In this document: in pieces, positions 38,314 to 51,000 of the stretch
How positions within the stretch are numbered: position 1 is the stretch's first letter
Layout: each line of letters opens with the position of its first letter
Sequence record: MK250017.1
Reading direction: 5' to 3' (one strand)
Length of the DNA: 64,000 nt
The notes under the pieces: model-generated
What the model was told of the DNA's origin: nothing
The model's input: the letters and a program-made list of their open reading frames with translations, nothing else
Database searches by the model: none
Position numbers and translations under genes: made by a program

Positions 38314-38862
38314 TTAAAATTTTAAACCATTCATCATTTCAAAAACCTTAATCTTATTATTAATTCCATAAATAATATTATCAATAGTTGAAATAGTATC
38401 TTTCATATATTTACAAAAATTATCTAATAAATCTACTGATTCTTTTTCTGCTGACAACTGAGATTCTATTTGTAAATTAATAGCACTTTCATTTGTATAA
38501 CGAATACCAGAAGATCCTGATTTCAAAGCTAAATATATACTTGATGCTTTTGTTTTATAATCTCTTGTTTGTTTACTTAAAATTTTTGCTGTTCCATAAA
38601 ATAAATCTATTGCTTCTTGTCTTTTCAAATAAACTTCATTCATTAATCCATCTATAGATTTAAGATCTTTCATACGTTCATTAAGAGACTTTATAATATC
38701 AGTCCATTTATCCTGTAAATTTGTTAATGAATTTTCCAAAGAATTCTGCTGTTGTGTATTTGTTTGTACAGATGTATTATTAACACCAGAATTATTTTGA
38801 ATTGAATTATTATCTATATTATTTATTGTATTATTATCTTGCTGTGTATTTTCTTCATTCAT
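38314..38862 (-). CDS. Helical protein, possibly UvsY-like recombination mediator
   Basis: All-helical 182 aa; C-terminal ...DLLDNFCKYMKDTISTIDNIIYGINNKI loosely resembles the UvsY C-terminus. Confidence 0.35.
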   Translation of the reverse strand: MNEENTQQDNNTINNIDNNSIQNNSGVNNTSVQTNTQQQNSLENSLTNLQDKWTDIIKSLNERMKDLKSIDGLMNEVYLKRQEAIDLFYGTAKILSKQTRDYKTKASSIYLALKSGSSGIRYTNESAINLQIESQLSAEKESVDLLDNFCKYMKDTISTIDNIIYGINNKIKVFEMMNGLKF

Positions 38863-39150
38863 ATAATTAAAGAACTATTCTTTATACATTATATATATAA
38901 TAAAAAATAAAGTCTTAAATGAATAATTTAATTAAAATCATATTTTAAAAATAATTTCAATCTCTAAAATGATCTACCTTCTAAAAAAGAAAGAACNNNN
39001 NNNNNNNNNNNNNNNNNNNNNNNNNNNNNNNNNNNNNNNNNNNNNNNNNNNNNNNNNNNNNNNNNNNNNNNNNNNNNNTTTAAATAAAATTTTTATTTAA
39101 TTTTTTAAATATCTATCATTACCTTAATATCTTAATATTAATTATACTTG

Positions 39151-39515
39151 AGTTTTGTGAAAAAGTCTACATTTTTGTGAAAAAAGTTTAATAAAAATTA
39201 AAAATAATTTATAACTAATTGATAATCAATAATATTTATATGATAATTTATACAAATTCTAAATAATATTAATAAAAAATACTTACATTTCCGAAAAACT
39301 TACCTTACTAAATTCATTAAATAAATAGAATAAAAATTAAATTAAAATTACAAATTTAAAAATAAAATTTTTCATATATTATATATAGATCTATCACAAN
39401 NNNNNNNNNNNNNNNNNNNNNNNNNNNGGACTTTTGGGGAAAAGTCTACATTTTTGAGAAATATTTTTAATAAATTTTAAAAATAATTTATAAGTAATTG
39501 AAAATCAAATAATTT
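39151..39515. repeat. Imperfect ~85-bp direct repeat in AT-rich intergenic region next to N gaps
   Basis: aaaagtctacatttttg(t/a)gaaa...taaaaataatttataa(c/g)taattga(t/a)aatcaa at ~39161-39230 and ~39440-39510. Confidence 0.7.
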
Positions 39516-39521
39516 AGATAT

Positions 39522-40292
39522 ATGAGCATTAGCAAAAATAATACAAAACAAGTAAAAACAGGTGTAGTTGAATCAATAGATGATCCTACATGTTCTGGAC
39601 GTGTGAAAGTGAGAGTTGCTGGATTACATGATAACATAGCAACAGAGAATTTACCATGGTGTAATTATGCTGGTTCTGGTATGTTTTCAGGATCAGGTGG
39701 TGGTTAGATTTCAATACCACGTGTAGGAACAAAAGTAAGAGTAAGATTTGCATAGGATGATGTCAATGCTATGGAATGGTATGGTACAAATTCAATAGAT
39801 AGAAAATTATCAGAAGAAATTGCTTCAGATTATGAAGGTTCTTAGGTTCTTCTTTATGATTCTGAATATGATTTGTCTATCAAGTTTCAACCTGGTTCTG
39901 GATTGGCATTTTATTATAAAGGTTCATATATGCAAATGACACCTGATAATACTATAACTATTCATTATGGACCTGATGAAACAACAGGTGTTTAGATTTA
40001 GTTAACAGATGGAAAGGTTTATATATAGGCACCATAGCAGATTAATATAACATCTGGCAATGAAGTTAATATTGAAGGGAAGATTATAACTTTAAATGGA
40101 ACATCTGCTGTTCGTATAAAAGGAACAACACCGAATACATGTGCTGTTAATGCGACACAACTTATGACATTGTTATAGACAATGGCAACAAATATAGATA
40201 CAAAATTAGGATAGTCAAAATCTGGTATTTGCGCTGCTACTGTTTCCGGTTCTAAAGAGAAAATAATGAATCAACATATCCTTTATATTTAA
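39522..40292 (+). CDS. Baseplate hub/spike protein, gp5-like OB-fold, 256 aa (code 15)
   Basis: TGVVESIDDPTCSGRVKVRV..LPW..GGGQISIPRVGTKVRVRF; the conserved pattern continues straight through TAG 39705. Confidence 0.8.
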
Positions 40293-40468
40293 TAATGTAC
40301 GTGTACATTATATAGTATTAGAATGAGATATTTTCATTGTTACAGTATAAGTATACTGGATCAAGAAAAACATTAAAAAATTGAGAGATTTCTTATGTTT
40401 TTCTTATGTTTTTGAAGAAAAAATATAAGTTTTTTGAGATATTATTTTTTATTATGGAAAAATATGTG

Positions 40469-40476
40469 TATCTTTG
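40469..40476 (+). promoter_or_regulatory. Bacteroidota sigma-A type -7 promoter element
   Basis: TATCTTTG about 48 nt upstream of ATG 40524; upstream ttttattatggaaaa shared with the 58721 copy. Confidence 0.7.
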
Positions 40477-40523
40477 TATTGTGATTAAAAAATAAAAGAT
40501 ATAACAATTAAAAAATAAAAAAT

Positions 40524-41174
40524 ATGAGTACAATTAAAGATATTTTCGTTGGTAAGAAAACACGTAATTCAATCTATACAGCAGATGCTATTAAGAATCT
40601 GCTTGTGAAGATTGCATGTGGTAAGACAAAGTATAATCTTACTACAAAGACAGGTAAGAAGTGCTTCTACAATGAAGTTTATCATGCAATGAGCAAGTAT
40701 TTCATGTTGGATATTGTGAATAAGAATCTGAAAGAATTCGGTATTGGTTCTGAAGAATCACTTGCAACAGCATTTATCGATAATAAAGAATTTCTTATTA
40801 ATGAATGTAAGTTGAATCTTTCAGGTTTGGTTATTGAATCAAAATTTGAAAAGAAAGCAAAGGCATACATTAAGAAGTATGGAAATGGAATTGTACCGCC
40901 AACTGATGATAATGAATCTAAACTTTCAGATTTGGAACGTTGTGTTGTTGTACGAACAAAGTATGGTACACATGACCCGTTGATGTATACTATTAAAGGT
41001 GCATTAACAACAGATATTGCAGATAGTGTGAAAGCTATGTATGCATATGAATCAGGTTGTAATTATTATGAGGCTCGACCAATTCTTTATACTACATGGA
41101 TTAATCTTCCAGATGAATATAAAAATGCATCTCGTCCATGTGAAGAGGATGATTTGAAGAACGTAAATGAGTAA
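40524..41174 (+). CDS. Hypothetical protein (putative early gene)
   Basis: 216-aa TAG-free ORF after a host-type promoter, followed by a hairpin at ~41186-41226. Confidence 0.75.
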   Translation: MSTIKDIFVGKKTRNSIYTADAIKNLLVKIACGKTKYNLTTKTGKKCFYNEVYHAMSKYFMLDIVNKNLKEFGIGSEESLATAFIDNKEFLINECKLNLSGLVIESKFEKKAKAYIKKYGNGIVPPTDDNESKLSDLERCVVVRTKYGTHDPLMYTIKGALTTDIADSVKAMYAYESGCNYYEARPILYTTWINLPDEYKNASRPCEEDDLKNVNE

Positions 41175-41233
41175 TATAAAACAAAAAGAAATGTTTAGAA
41201 TATAAATATCTAAACATTTCTTTTTTTATTAAT

Positions 41234-41764
41234 ATGACAGATAGAAAGTATATTAAATATGTAATTGATGAAGTTGTATTCAGAGAATTTCCAGATGAAG
41301 TTACATTGGCATTAAATATATCAGGTTGTCCAAATAATTGTCCTGGTTGTCATTCATCATATTTAGCAAATGATATAGGTACTGAATTAACAGAAGATGT
41401 ATTGGATAAACTAATTAATGATAATAAAGGTATTACCTGTATAGGTTTTATGGGTGGGGATAATAATCCTAAAGAAGTTGTAAGATTATCAATGTATGTT
41501 AAAGAGAAATACCCAAATTTACATACTGGTTGGTATTCTGGTAGAGAAGTATTTCCATTACATCATGGTACTTTTGATTATATTAAATTAGGACCATGGA
41601 AAGAAGAATGTGGACCGCTAACATCAAAGACGACAAATCAGGTTATGTATATGAAAGTAGATGGTGGTATAGATAATCCAATATTTGTTGATATTACAAA
41701 GAAAGCATTTCAATCTTCAAAACCATGGGAAACTGATTATTTGGAGAATAATGACAATGTGTAA
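41234..41764 (+). CDS. nrdG: Anaerobic ribonucleotide reductase activating protein (radical SAM)
   Basis: EFPDEVTLALNISGCPNNCPGCHS (CxxxCxxC), GITCIGFMGG, WYSG, FDYIKLGP. Confidence 0.9.
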   Translation: MTDRKYIKYVIDEVVFREFPDEVTLALNISGCPNNCPGCHSSYLANDIGTELTEDVLDKLINDNKGITCIGFMGGDNNPKEVVRLSMYVKEKYPNLHTGWYSGREVFPLHHGTFDYIKLGPWKEECGPLTSKTTNQVMYMKVDGGIDNPIFVDITKKAFQSSKPWETDYLENNDNV

Positions 41765-42008
41765 AAATGAAAGGTAAATGTTACAAATTACATATAGTTT
41801 TGAGTAAATTAACAGATCTAGATCAGAAAATGATCCATTTTTATGCTGAAAAGCATATTTTTTGAAAACAATTAGATAAATAAAATGTAAGATAGTTAAA
41901 GAATTTGATTATAGATAGTTATTAAAATAAATTACAAATATATAAAGAAATTAAAAAACGGTTTTCACAAACAGTTTTCTAAAATTAAAAATAAATTGAA
42001 TTTACGTT

Positions 42009-42113
42009 ATGAGAACAATTATGAACGCAGTTAAGAATGCTTGGACAGCATACTGTAATGGTAATTACGAAATGAATAAGGCGGTTTATGAAGCAGGGCT
42101 TATTCTTATGTAA
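42009..42113 (+). CDS. Small peptide, 34 aa
   Basis: MRTIMNAVKNAWTAYCNGNYEMNKAVYEAGLILM; codon usage like the TAG-free genes. Confidence 0.55.
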   Translation: MRTIMNAVKNAWTAYCNGNYEMNKAVYEAGLILM

Positions 42114-42166
42114 TTTAAAAAAAGATAGTTAGAAAAATTTTAAAATTAAATTTACGTTAGTTGATT

Positions 42167-42313
42167 ATGAAAAGAATTTTTAGTTTATTGAAGCGTGCTG
42201 GTAAAGCATACTGCAAAGCATATACAGAAGCTAACACTATTGATTTAGGCAATGGTAAAGTTGCATACATTGGCGGTACTTGTGGCAATATGGGCGTTGT
42301 ATATGTAGCTTAA
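42167..42313 (+). CDS. Small peptide, 48 aa
   Basis: MKRIFSLLKRAGKAYCKAYTEANTIDLGNGKVAYIGGTCGNMGVVYVA; shares upstream aatttacgtta with the previous peptide. Confidence 0.55.
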   Translation: MKRIFSLLKRAGKAYCKAYTEANTIDLGNGKVAYIGGTCGNMGVVYVA

Positions 42314-42627
42314 GTTTTAAGCAAAGATGAAGTATTTTTATTGACACACATTCAAATGAGCAATCCGGCTCATTTGATTCGGTTATGGTTGGATTCCATA
42401 TAAATAGTAAAAATTATTTAGTGTTTTGTGATGTATTCATCTTTATTTTTAGAAAGTTATTTAATCCTTAATGGATATTCATATAATAGGAATAATGATG
42501 ATATGATTTAGGAATATTATAATCATATCAATAGTAATATAAAAGAGGAAATAGTTTAATGTTAAAAAACTATTTCCTCTTTTTTTAATATAATAAACAT
42601 AATAAAAAGTAATAGATTACTTAAATA

Positions 42628-43746
42628 ATGACAACAACAAAAAATATAATTTAGATTAAAGCAAGTAAATGTATTTTTCTTGCTGATATTCATTTAGGTG
42701 TAAGATCTGCATCAGAAGAATGGCAAGAAAATATTTCATCATATTTTTATAATTGGTTTATTCCATATATAAAATCATTAGTGGAAAAAGATCCTACTTA
42801 TTTTTTAGCAATTTTAGGTGATGTATATGATGATAGAAAATCTATTGATATTAATGTAAATGATTTAGCAATAGATATATTTGAAATTTTAGGATCTATA
42901 TTACCAGTTTATATTATAAACGGAAATCATGATCTATCTAAAAGAACAAACAAAGGAAATACATCATTAAGAAATTTAGATAATATTCCAAATGTTACAG
43001 TTATAAAAGAACCGACATTAATTAAGATTAAACCATCAACTAAGATATTATCAAATATTATAGCAATACCATATTTGGGTTCACATGAAGAAGAAAATAA
43101 AGTATTACTTGAATATTCAGGTAAAGCAAATTATGCATGGATGCATACAGATATTTCGCAAATGAAATTTGATAATGGTATGACTATTATCGGTGCAGTT
43201 GATTCAAAAATATTTAAAGGAAAAATATTATCAGGACATATTCATAAACGGCAGGAATTAGGTAATGTTATTTATGTAGGTTCTCCATATCAGTTAAGAA
43301 GATCAGATATAGGAAATACAAAAGGAGTTTATACAGTAAATTTTACTAATAACGAATTATTATTTGAAGAAAATAATTATAGTCCAATATTTCATAAAAT
43401 AAAGGTAGAAGATTTTCTGAAACTAAGTGTTAAAGAAAGAGATGAATTTCTTAATAATAATTATAATGATATTCTTATAGAAGAATCTGATTTGAGAAAA
43501 TATAAATCAGGAACAATATATGATATGGCAAATCTTTCTAATGCAAAGAGAGTGCAAATTATTGTTAATAAATCTCATCATGATTTGGATAATATAGATA
43601 ATGAAGAATATAAAGAATTATCTATAGAAGAACTTATCAATGAATCAATTTCACAATTAGATGTTGATGATGAAACAAAAGGCAGATTAAAGAATATCAG
43701 TAGAGACAGATTAAAACAAGCAGAAAATGAATTAAATGAAGTTTAA
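42628..43746 (+). CDS. Mre11/SbcD-like nuclease (T4 gp47-like), 372 aa
   Basis: LADIHLG, LGDVYD, INGNHD, MHTD, SGHIH metallophosphoesterase motifs; the first motif is joined only through TAG at codon 9. Confidence 0.9.
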
Positions 43747-43807
43747 TTATAAATAAATTATCACAAATTATTAAGTTTGTGTTAAAATTAATTAAACTAA
43801 TTTTTAA

Positions 43808-44023
43808 ATGGATACTATAACATTTATAACAATATATTTTTTAATAGGATTAATAACATATATATACTTTATTACTTTAGTTAATAAAGCTGAATTAACT
43901 TTAGAATGTAAAATAAAGATATTCTTAATTTCAATTTTGGCAAGTCCATTAGTTATTCTATTAGAATTGTTTGTTTTAATTTTAAATAAAACACGTAATT
44001 TAAATGAAGATAGAGAAGATTGA
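43808..44023 (+). CDS. Small membrane protein
   Basis: Two hydrophobic stretches; lies between the gp47- and gp46-like genes. Confidence 0.5.
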   Translation: MDTITFITIYFLIGLITYIYFITLVNKAELTLECKIKIFLISILASPLVILLELFVLILNKTRNLNEDRED

Positions 44024-45680
44024 ATTTCGTAATTTATTTTCATATGGTGAATAGGTATAGGAAATAAATTATGATGATACGGGAAAACTTATACTTTTAA
44101 AAGGTTAGAGTGGTGCAGGTAAATCTGCAATTCTTTCATTACCATGTTTATTATTATATGGAAAAATAGAAAAAGTTCCAAAAACTTCTATTGCAAATAG
44201 AATTAATAAAAATGGATGGATGAGAGGAACAATTAAACAGGGGTAGCATACATATGTAATAGAAAGAAAGTTTTCTCCAAATGGTGTAACAGTATTTAAA
44301 GATAATGAAAATATTGAAAATTATGGAACAAAAGATGCATAGTCATTTATTGATTCAGAAATTATAGATATTCCATAGGCAACATATTCAAACATGATTT
44401 CAATTTCAATGAAGTCATTTAAATCATTTCTTAAAATGTCACCAGCAGATAGAAAACAGATTATAGACAGAGTTTTTGATTTAGAAATTATCAATGTTGT
44501 TTTTGAAAATCTTAAAAAAGATATGAGAGAATTAGGTTCTTCTATAAATGCAGATAATTCTACCATATTTTCTTTAAACCAAACTATATAGAATGCAAAT
44601 AATGAATTAATTCAAATTCAGCAGAAAATATAGTCAAAAGAAAGTAAAGATAAGATTGAAGAAAATAATAATAAAATTTAGGAAGATAATCAGAAACTTA
44701 AAACATTAAATGATGGTTATAATCAATATGTATAGAAACAGCAAGAAATAACAAATCAATTTAATTCTATTAAAAATTAGCAGATTGAAAATTCTGTTAA
44801 TATACGATAGATTCAAGAAAAGATTAATCTTTTTAAATAGGAAAAATGCCCTACATGCGGATGTTCTTTTTCATCTGAACAATTTAATGAATTAAGAGAA
44901 AATCTTAATAAGTTAATGCAAGATAAAATGAATATTGATACATAGTTACAAGGCTAGATGAAAACACTTACAGATAATAGTAAAATTGTATCAGATTATC
45001 TTAATAAAATCGCGTCTGCTGTCACGAAAATCAATTAGAGTATAAATGCATTAAATTCAGAAAATCTTGTGATACAGGAGAAATTAAAGTCTAATTCTGA
45101 ATATAAAGCTGTACAAAATATTATTGAAAAAACTACTGATTAGTTAAATGTAATTAAAAAGAATATTGAAGATAAAAATCAATAGATGTTAGATTTACAG
45201 AATTTATCTTTAGTATATTCAATAGACGGTGTAAAACAAAAAGTTATTAATAATTATTTGCCTTTATTAAATAAAGAAATTGAGGATAATTTAATATAGT
45301 TGAATATTCCATATGGATTGGAATTTGACAGTAAATTTGATCCGCATCTTAAAGATTTAGGTAATGAATTAGATCCAGTTACATTAAGTGATGGAGAAAT
45401 GACAAGAGTTGATATAGTTGTTTTATGTAGTTTATTTAAATTACTTAAAAGACGATACCCATCAATTAATACATTTACATTAGATGAAGTTATTTCTACA
45501 TTGGACAATTCAAATTCAGGAGCAGTATTGGAATTTTTAAAGAATTTTGCAAAAGATAATAAATTGAATTGTTTTGTAGTATCACATACAGATTTATACT
45601 TGGAAAATTTTGATGAAATAATAGAAGTTGAAAAACATAACGGATTTTCAAGATTTACTGTTATGTTAACATCACAATAA
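44004..45680 (+). CDS. Rad50/SbcC-like ATPase (T4 gp46-like), 558 aa (code 15)
   Basis: IEFRNLFSYG, Walker A GQSGAGKS (Q = TAG 44106), zinc hook CPTCG, signature LSDGE, Walker B TLDE, H-loop VVSH. Confidence 0.9.
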
Positions 45681-45757
45681 TTTAAAGGATACTAATTCAT
45701 TTAGTATCCTTTTTGCTTATTAATAAAACTTTATATATTTTACATTATATAAACTAT

Positions 45758-46888
45758 ATGGATAACAGTAATAATATATTTGACACATCATCATTAACGA
45801 TTAAAAAAATGTCGGATGATGATTTTTACATGGAAACTACATCAAAGTTACAGGAAATTCTTCAACATGAATTTAGAGGAATTCCTTATAAGCAACAAAT
45901 AAAGAAAACTATTGATGGACTTAATTTCGCATGTCCGTTTTGTGGTGATTCTGCAACAGATATACGAAAAAAACGAGCACATTTTATACTTAAAGGAAAT
46001 TGGGCAGGAAATTTTAAATGTTTTAATTGCGGAAAATTTATGAAAATTCATAATTTCTTTAAGTCATTCGATGTGCCTATGTCATTATCTGCCATTACTT
46101 ATGTAAATGAACATGTAACTAATATACCATCATATAATGCAAATTCAACTGAAATTACATCAGAAGTATTAGATAAAACATCTGTTATTCAATATTCTGT
46201 TAAAAAAGATTATATAAAAAAATATTTAAATCTTTTAGAAATTAATGATGTTAATGCAAAACCAGGGTATCTTTATTTAGTAAATAGATGTCAATTTAAT
46301 TTTGATAATTTTTTGTATGATCCAAAAGGACAATATATTGTTATTTTAAATTTAGTTGATAATGATAAGGTATTCGGTATTCAGATTAGAGATATAACAG
46401 GTAAGAAAAAAGCTAAATATCTTACAATGTCATTATCAAAAATTCATCATAAAATATTAAAAGATAATATAGAAATACCAGTAAATGTAGAAGCATTATC
46501 AACTGTATTTAATATATTTAATATTGATATTTACAGACCTGTATTAGTAACAGAAGGACCGTTTGATGCATTCCTTCTGCCTAATTGTATCGCAACATCA
46601 GGTGCATCTAAATCTATTGGTATTGATTTACCATTTTGGTTTGTATATGATTCAGATAAGACAGGAAATGAACATGCGATGAAAATGTTACAGGAAGGAT
46701 ATAATGTTTTTATGTGGGAAAAACTAAAGAAAGATTTAGGATTACCAGATAAAAATCCATATTCATCAAATAAATTAAAATGGGATATTAATGATGTAAT
46801 TAAATGGTGTAGAGATAATAATTATAAACAAACTATATATTGGTCTAAATATTTTTCTAATGATATGTTAGATGGATTAGACATTTAA
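45758..46888 (+). CDS. DNA primase (T4 gp61-like)
   Basis: Zinc-binding FACPFCGDS...FKCFNCG; TOPRIM VTEGPFDA, VYDSD, WDIND. Confidence 0.85.
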   Translation: MDNSNNIFDTSSLTIKKMSDDDFYMETTSKLQEILQHEFRGIPYKQQIKKTIDGLNFACPFCGDSATDIRKKRAHFILKGNWAGNFKCFNCGKFMKIHNFFKSFDVPMSLSAITYVNEHVTNIPSYNANSTEITSEVLDKTSVIQYSVKKDYIKKYLNLLEINDVNAKPGYLYLVNRCQFNFDNFLYDPKGQYIVILNLVDNDKVFGIQIRDITGKKKAKYLTMSLSKIHHKILKDNIEIPVNVEALSTVFNIFNIDIYRPVLVTEGPFDAFLLPNCIATSGASKSIGIDLPFWFVYDSDKTGNEHAMKMLQEGYNVFMWEKLKKDLGLPDKNPYSSNKLKWDINDVIKWCRDNNYKQTIYWSKYFSNDMLDGLDI

Positions 46889-46933
46889 TAGAATGTGTTA
46901 TATAAAGTATATAATAATATTAATTTAAAAGTT

Positions 46934-47872
46934 ATGGCAAAAATGAAGCAAAATCTTTCTGATATTTTTTCAGGAGTTAATAAAGAATTATTGAATTCTA
47001 CAAAGGATAAGTTTAACAAATTGTCAAGTGTAGAAAAGAAGAAAGTACTTGATAATACAAATAAACTTATGGAGACATTCTGTGATATTTGTGGTGTTGA
47101 AAATAAGTATCATTTGACAGAGGAAATGTTTGATGATGCAAAAGAAAAGTGTAAGGAAACCACAAAAAATATCAAAGATTCTATTAAGGAATCAAAGGAT
47201 AATCTTGCAGAAATTGCGCGTGATACATTGAATAAATTGGGTATTTCTGATGAGTTTATTAAGTCATGTAAGGTTGATAATGATAAGATTTATATTGATG
47301 TTCAAATGCCGGTAGATTCAGATATTAATGATATTGATTTGAATATTGATAATGATGGTGTATCATATGATCAGCAGGCAGAGGAACCACATAATGTACC
47401 AAAGTTTACTAGAAAGAATAAAGTAAAGAATAAGAAAGTTCGTCTTAGTAATAAGATTAAATTTAGAGATAATCATCCTGTTGTTGAGACAAAACAGATT
47501 GCAGATGATACTACACATATTCTTAATAGACTTAAGGCAGAAGCAAAAGAGAATGAAGTAAATGAACCAAAGATTAATTTGGATGATATTAAGCAGATTC
47601 TTATTGATAAGATTGAAGCTATTCTTGAAGATGAAAATACACATGCTTATACAGTTTATCCACGTGAAGGTGATGTACCAGCATCTGTACAGGTAACACT
47701 TGATGATGTATGTGGTTGCGTACGAGAACATCTTAATATTTTTACAGATGTTGCAGATGCAATTAAGGATAAGTATGGTTTTCCAGAAGTATATGTACAT
47801 ATGATGGAAAACGATGATACTTATAATGATAATACAGTTTCTGTAGGAATTATATGTATGTTGGAAGATTAA
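46934..47872 (+). CDS. Hypothetical protein
   Basis: TAG-free ORF of ~312 aa; ATG 46934 preferred over GTG 46895. Confidence 0.7.
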   Translation: MAKMKQNLSDIFSGVNKELLNSTKDKFNKLSSVEKKKVLDNTNKLMETFCDICGVENKYHLTEEMFDDAKEKCKETTKNIKDSIKESKDNLAEIARDTLNKLGISDEFIKSCKVDNDKIYIDVQMPVDSDINDIDLNIDNDGVSYDQQAEEPHNVPKFTRKNKVKNKKVRLSNKIKFRDNHPVVETKQIADDTTHILNRLKAEAKENEVNEPKINLDDIKQILIDKIEAILEDENTHAYTVYPREGDVPASVQVTLDDVCGCVREHLNIFTDVADAIKDKYGFPEVYVHMMENDDTYNDNTVSVGIICMLED

Positions 47873-48057
47873 TTATTTTTCATAATTATATTTTTAATTT
47901 TGTATTTTAATGCTAATCTATTATTGCTAATAGATTAGCATTTTTTATTTATGTTTTTGATTATAAATATAAAAAATAATTTTTATCTAAATCAAAATTA
48001 TATGTAATTATTGATAAGATAAATAATAAAAAGAAAATTTATTTAATAAAACATAAT

Positions 48058-51000
48058 ATGGGAAAAATTTCTATTGACTTATCTACTATAAAATCAGCAG
48101 GTATTTATACTATAGAAATCGATAACTCACAACGTGAGGTAACAAATCCTACTTCACTTCGTTTGTTACCTGGTTTTAATAATAAAGGTCCTTTCAACCG
48201 TCCAGTATTTATGCAGTATGAATCTGAACGTCAGAAGATCTTTGGAGATATTGATAGTAAGCTTGAGTAGAAAGGTTGTTTCTTTAATAGAATGGCATAG
48301 ACAATGCTTAAGAACGGTCCTATATTGGCTCTTAATTTGTTAAAAGTTGATGATTCAATTGATGGTCCAGACCAGGTAAACTATGCTACAATGTCATTAG
48401 ATTCATGTAAGCCAAATCCTAAAGTTACAAGCGCAGGAAAAACTTATGGTGAATATGATTATCAGGCAGCAACAATTAATAATAAGTTATATGGTTCAAA
48501 ACAGGGTGATGTAATTCCTTATGTAGGTAAAACACCATATGCAAGTTTGTTTGACCGCGCACGTTTCTGGATTCCTTCTAAGAATAATCTTCAGGCTGTT
48601 GCAGCTAATGGTTTATTGAGTAATGATCAGGGTTCATATGAACATACTAATTTACTTAATTTTGCTAATACAGGTACTGATGAAATTTCAATTCTTGTTT
48701 ATAAACCAGAAAATGTTACAGGTTATAATGTAACTGCAAAAGAATGGTGGGGTGGTGATGAAAACATTCCTTATGGATGGATTCGTCCATCTGATTATAT
48801 TTCAGATTACTTTATCCGCGTTGTTGCAATTAAAGGTAATTGGACAAATTATCCAGTTCTTGCAAGTGATCCTATTTGGAGTAAGTATTTCGATAAGAAT
48901 GGTGTAATTAAGAATAAAGTTTCATCATTATGTTCAGCAGAAGGCGTAACATTTATCGGTTCTTGGACAGGTTCAATTATTCCTGACTTTGTTGATAAAC
49001 AAGGTAATTATATGTATATTGAATCAAAGGTAAATGCAAATACAGAACGTACTGGTCTTTTGATGTCTGTAAATGAAGATGCTCTTCAGGTTATTTCATA
49101 TGACAAGAATGGTGTTGATATTGAAACAGGTAATGAAAACGGTACAGGTACATGGGTATTTGATTTTGATGGAAATAAACAAGCAGAATCAGAACTCGGT
49201 GAAAGTTCAATTAATGAATCTGGTTATCTTGTTGATATGGTTGGACATAATTTACAAAATGGTATTTATGCAGATAACTATTATTTAAATCTTGCCCATC
49301 CATTGTCAAATGAACAAAAACTTCCAGATGAGTCTGTTTTATGTTATACATATTATTTCCAGAAAACACAGGCTAGTTGTACAAAAGATTTAAATGCATG
49401 GTGTATGTCATTTAATGGTAGAGATACATTAACAGCAGAAGATGATGTAGTTCCTGCAGCAAAAATCAGAGTGCTTTATTGTAAAAATCAATCAATTGAT
49501 ACAAAGAAATTTGTAAAGGCATATTCAGTATATAATGCAGAAACAAATCAACCTGTTAAAGCAAATAATTCTAAATATGGTGCAAACTTCTATATCATGG
49601 AAGAATATAATGTTGATGAAAAGAAATCATCATTATCTACAGAGCTTTAGAAATGTTTAACAAAACCTCTTACTGATTTAACTAATGAAACTGGAAAGAA
49701 AACATTAGAAGCGATAACTACAAAGCTTAAGGGATTACCTGTATATGCTCAACCTAATTTAAAGGTTTCATATAATATAAAAGATGTTGTGTATAAACTT
49801 GATAAGAATAATAAGTTTACTGCACAGCAAGCAACAGTCGCAGATGTAATTTCAAATGATGCAAAATATCTTTATATTAAAGAAGTACCTGTAACATCTG
49901 ATACAAATGATAACTATGTATATGAGGATAAGACCATGTATTATGGCACATACGCAATTCCTGTAGTACCAGCTCCTAGAACCGAAATCGTTGCTGATGC
50001 TGATAATACAAGCGATAAGGTAGAAGTTAAGTTATTCTCTGTAATAGCAGGAACTAAAGCAAATTCATATGCAATTATTCATGATTTAGGAACAATTACT
50101 ACTACAACTGCAACTAATAAGTTAATTCCTGTTGAAATTACAAATTATAAGGATTCAAAAGCAGATACAGGTACTAGTGCAAAAGCTCAAGGATTTACAT
50201 TCAGCTATGGCGGAAATGATTACTTTGTTAGAGGAATCAGTGCAATACCACAAGCAGGAGGTATTTATACAGCTATGTATAAACTTGTTAATTCTGATAC
50301 TCCAACTTATTTCGGTGTAAACTTTATGTCTTATAACTATATTACAGAGCATGTAAGTGAAGTTATTACAAATGCATATAATGCATATTACTTTAATGGA
50401 TATAAGAATACTTCAAGCGTTGCAGCAGCGGTTAATTTACAAACTACAGATTTATATGATGAAGGTACATGTCCAGTAACAGATACAAATTTAAATTCAT
50501 TCATTATTACTAATGAAACAGAAGCAAATAATATATCTGTAGGTGATTATGTAAATAATATTTCATTCTATAATAATGTTGGTGAAGCAGAAAAATATAA
50601 TTTGATTCCAGGTATTACACGAGTTATTACAAAGGTATTCGTTAATGTTGATGCTCGTAATGAATTCTATTATAAGGGTTCTAAATATCATATTAATATT
50701 GGAGCACTTGGTGATGGTAATTTAATTGAAACAACTGCAGGTAAGAGAGGATTCTATTTGTTCACAACATTAGATCCTGTTTATATCAGTGATACTAATT
50801 ATGTTGTTCGTCAGAAACCAATTACAGATGATAGTATTTCACATAATTTGAAGTTTATCCCTCTTAAAGGTTTGCATATTTCAGCAAAACACCGTCCAGG
50901 ATTTGATGAATATGGAAAACTTGATATTGAAGGTGGTATTGAAAAGATTTACTCAATGCTTCAGGATGATGGAATTCATAGAGGTCTTTGTAATCCTAAT

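Noticed and set aside
38997-39427. N runs at 38997-39078 and 39400-39427
   Set aside because: Assembly gaps, not biological features
36432-39521. CRISPR array associated with the RuvC nuclease
   Set aside because: No regularly spaced repeat-spacer units; only two long imperfect AT-rich repeats, although the N gaps prevent full exclusion
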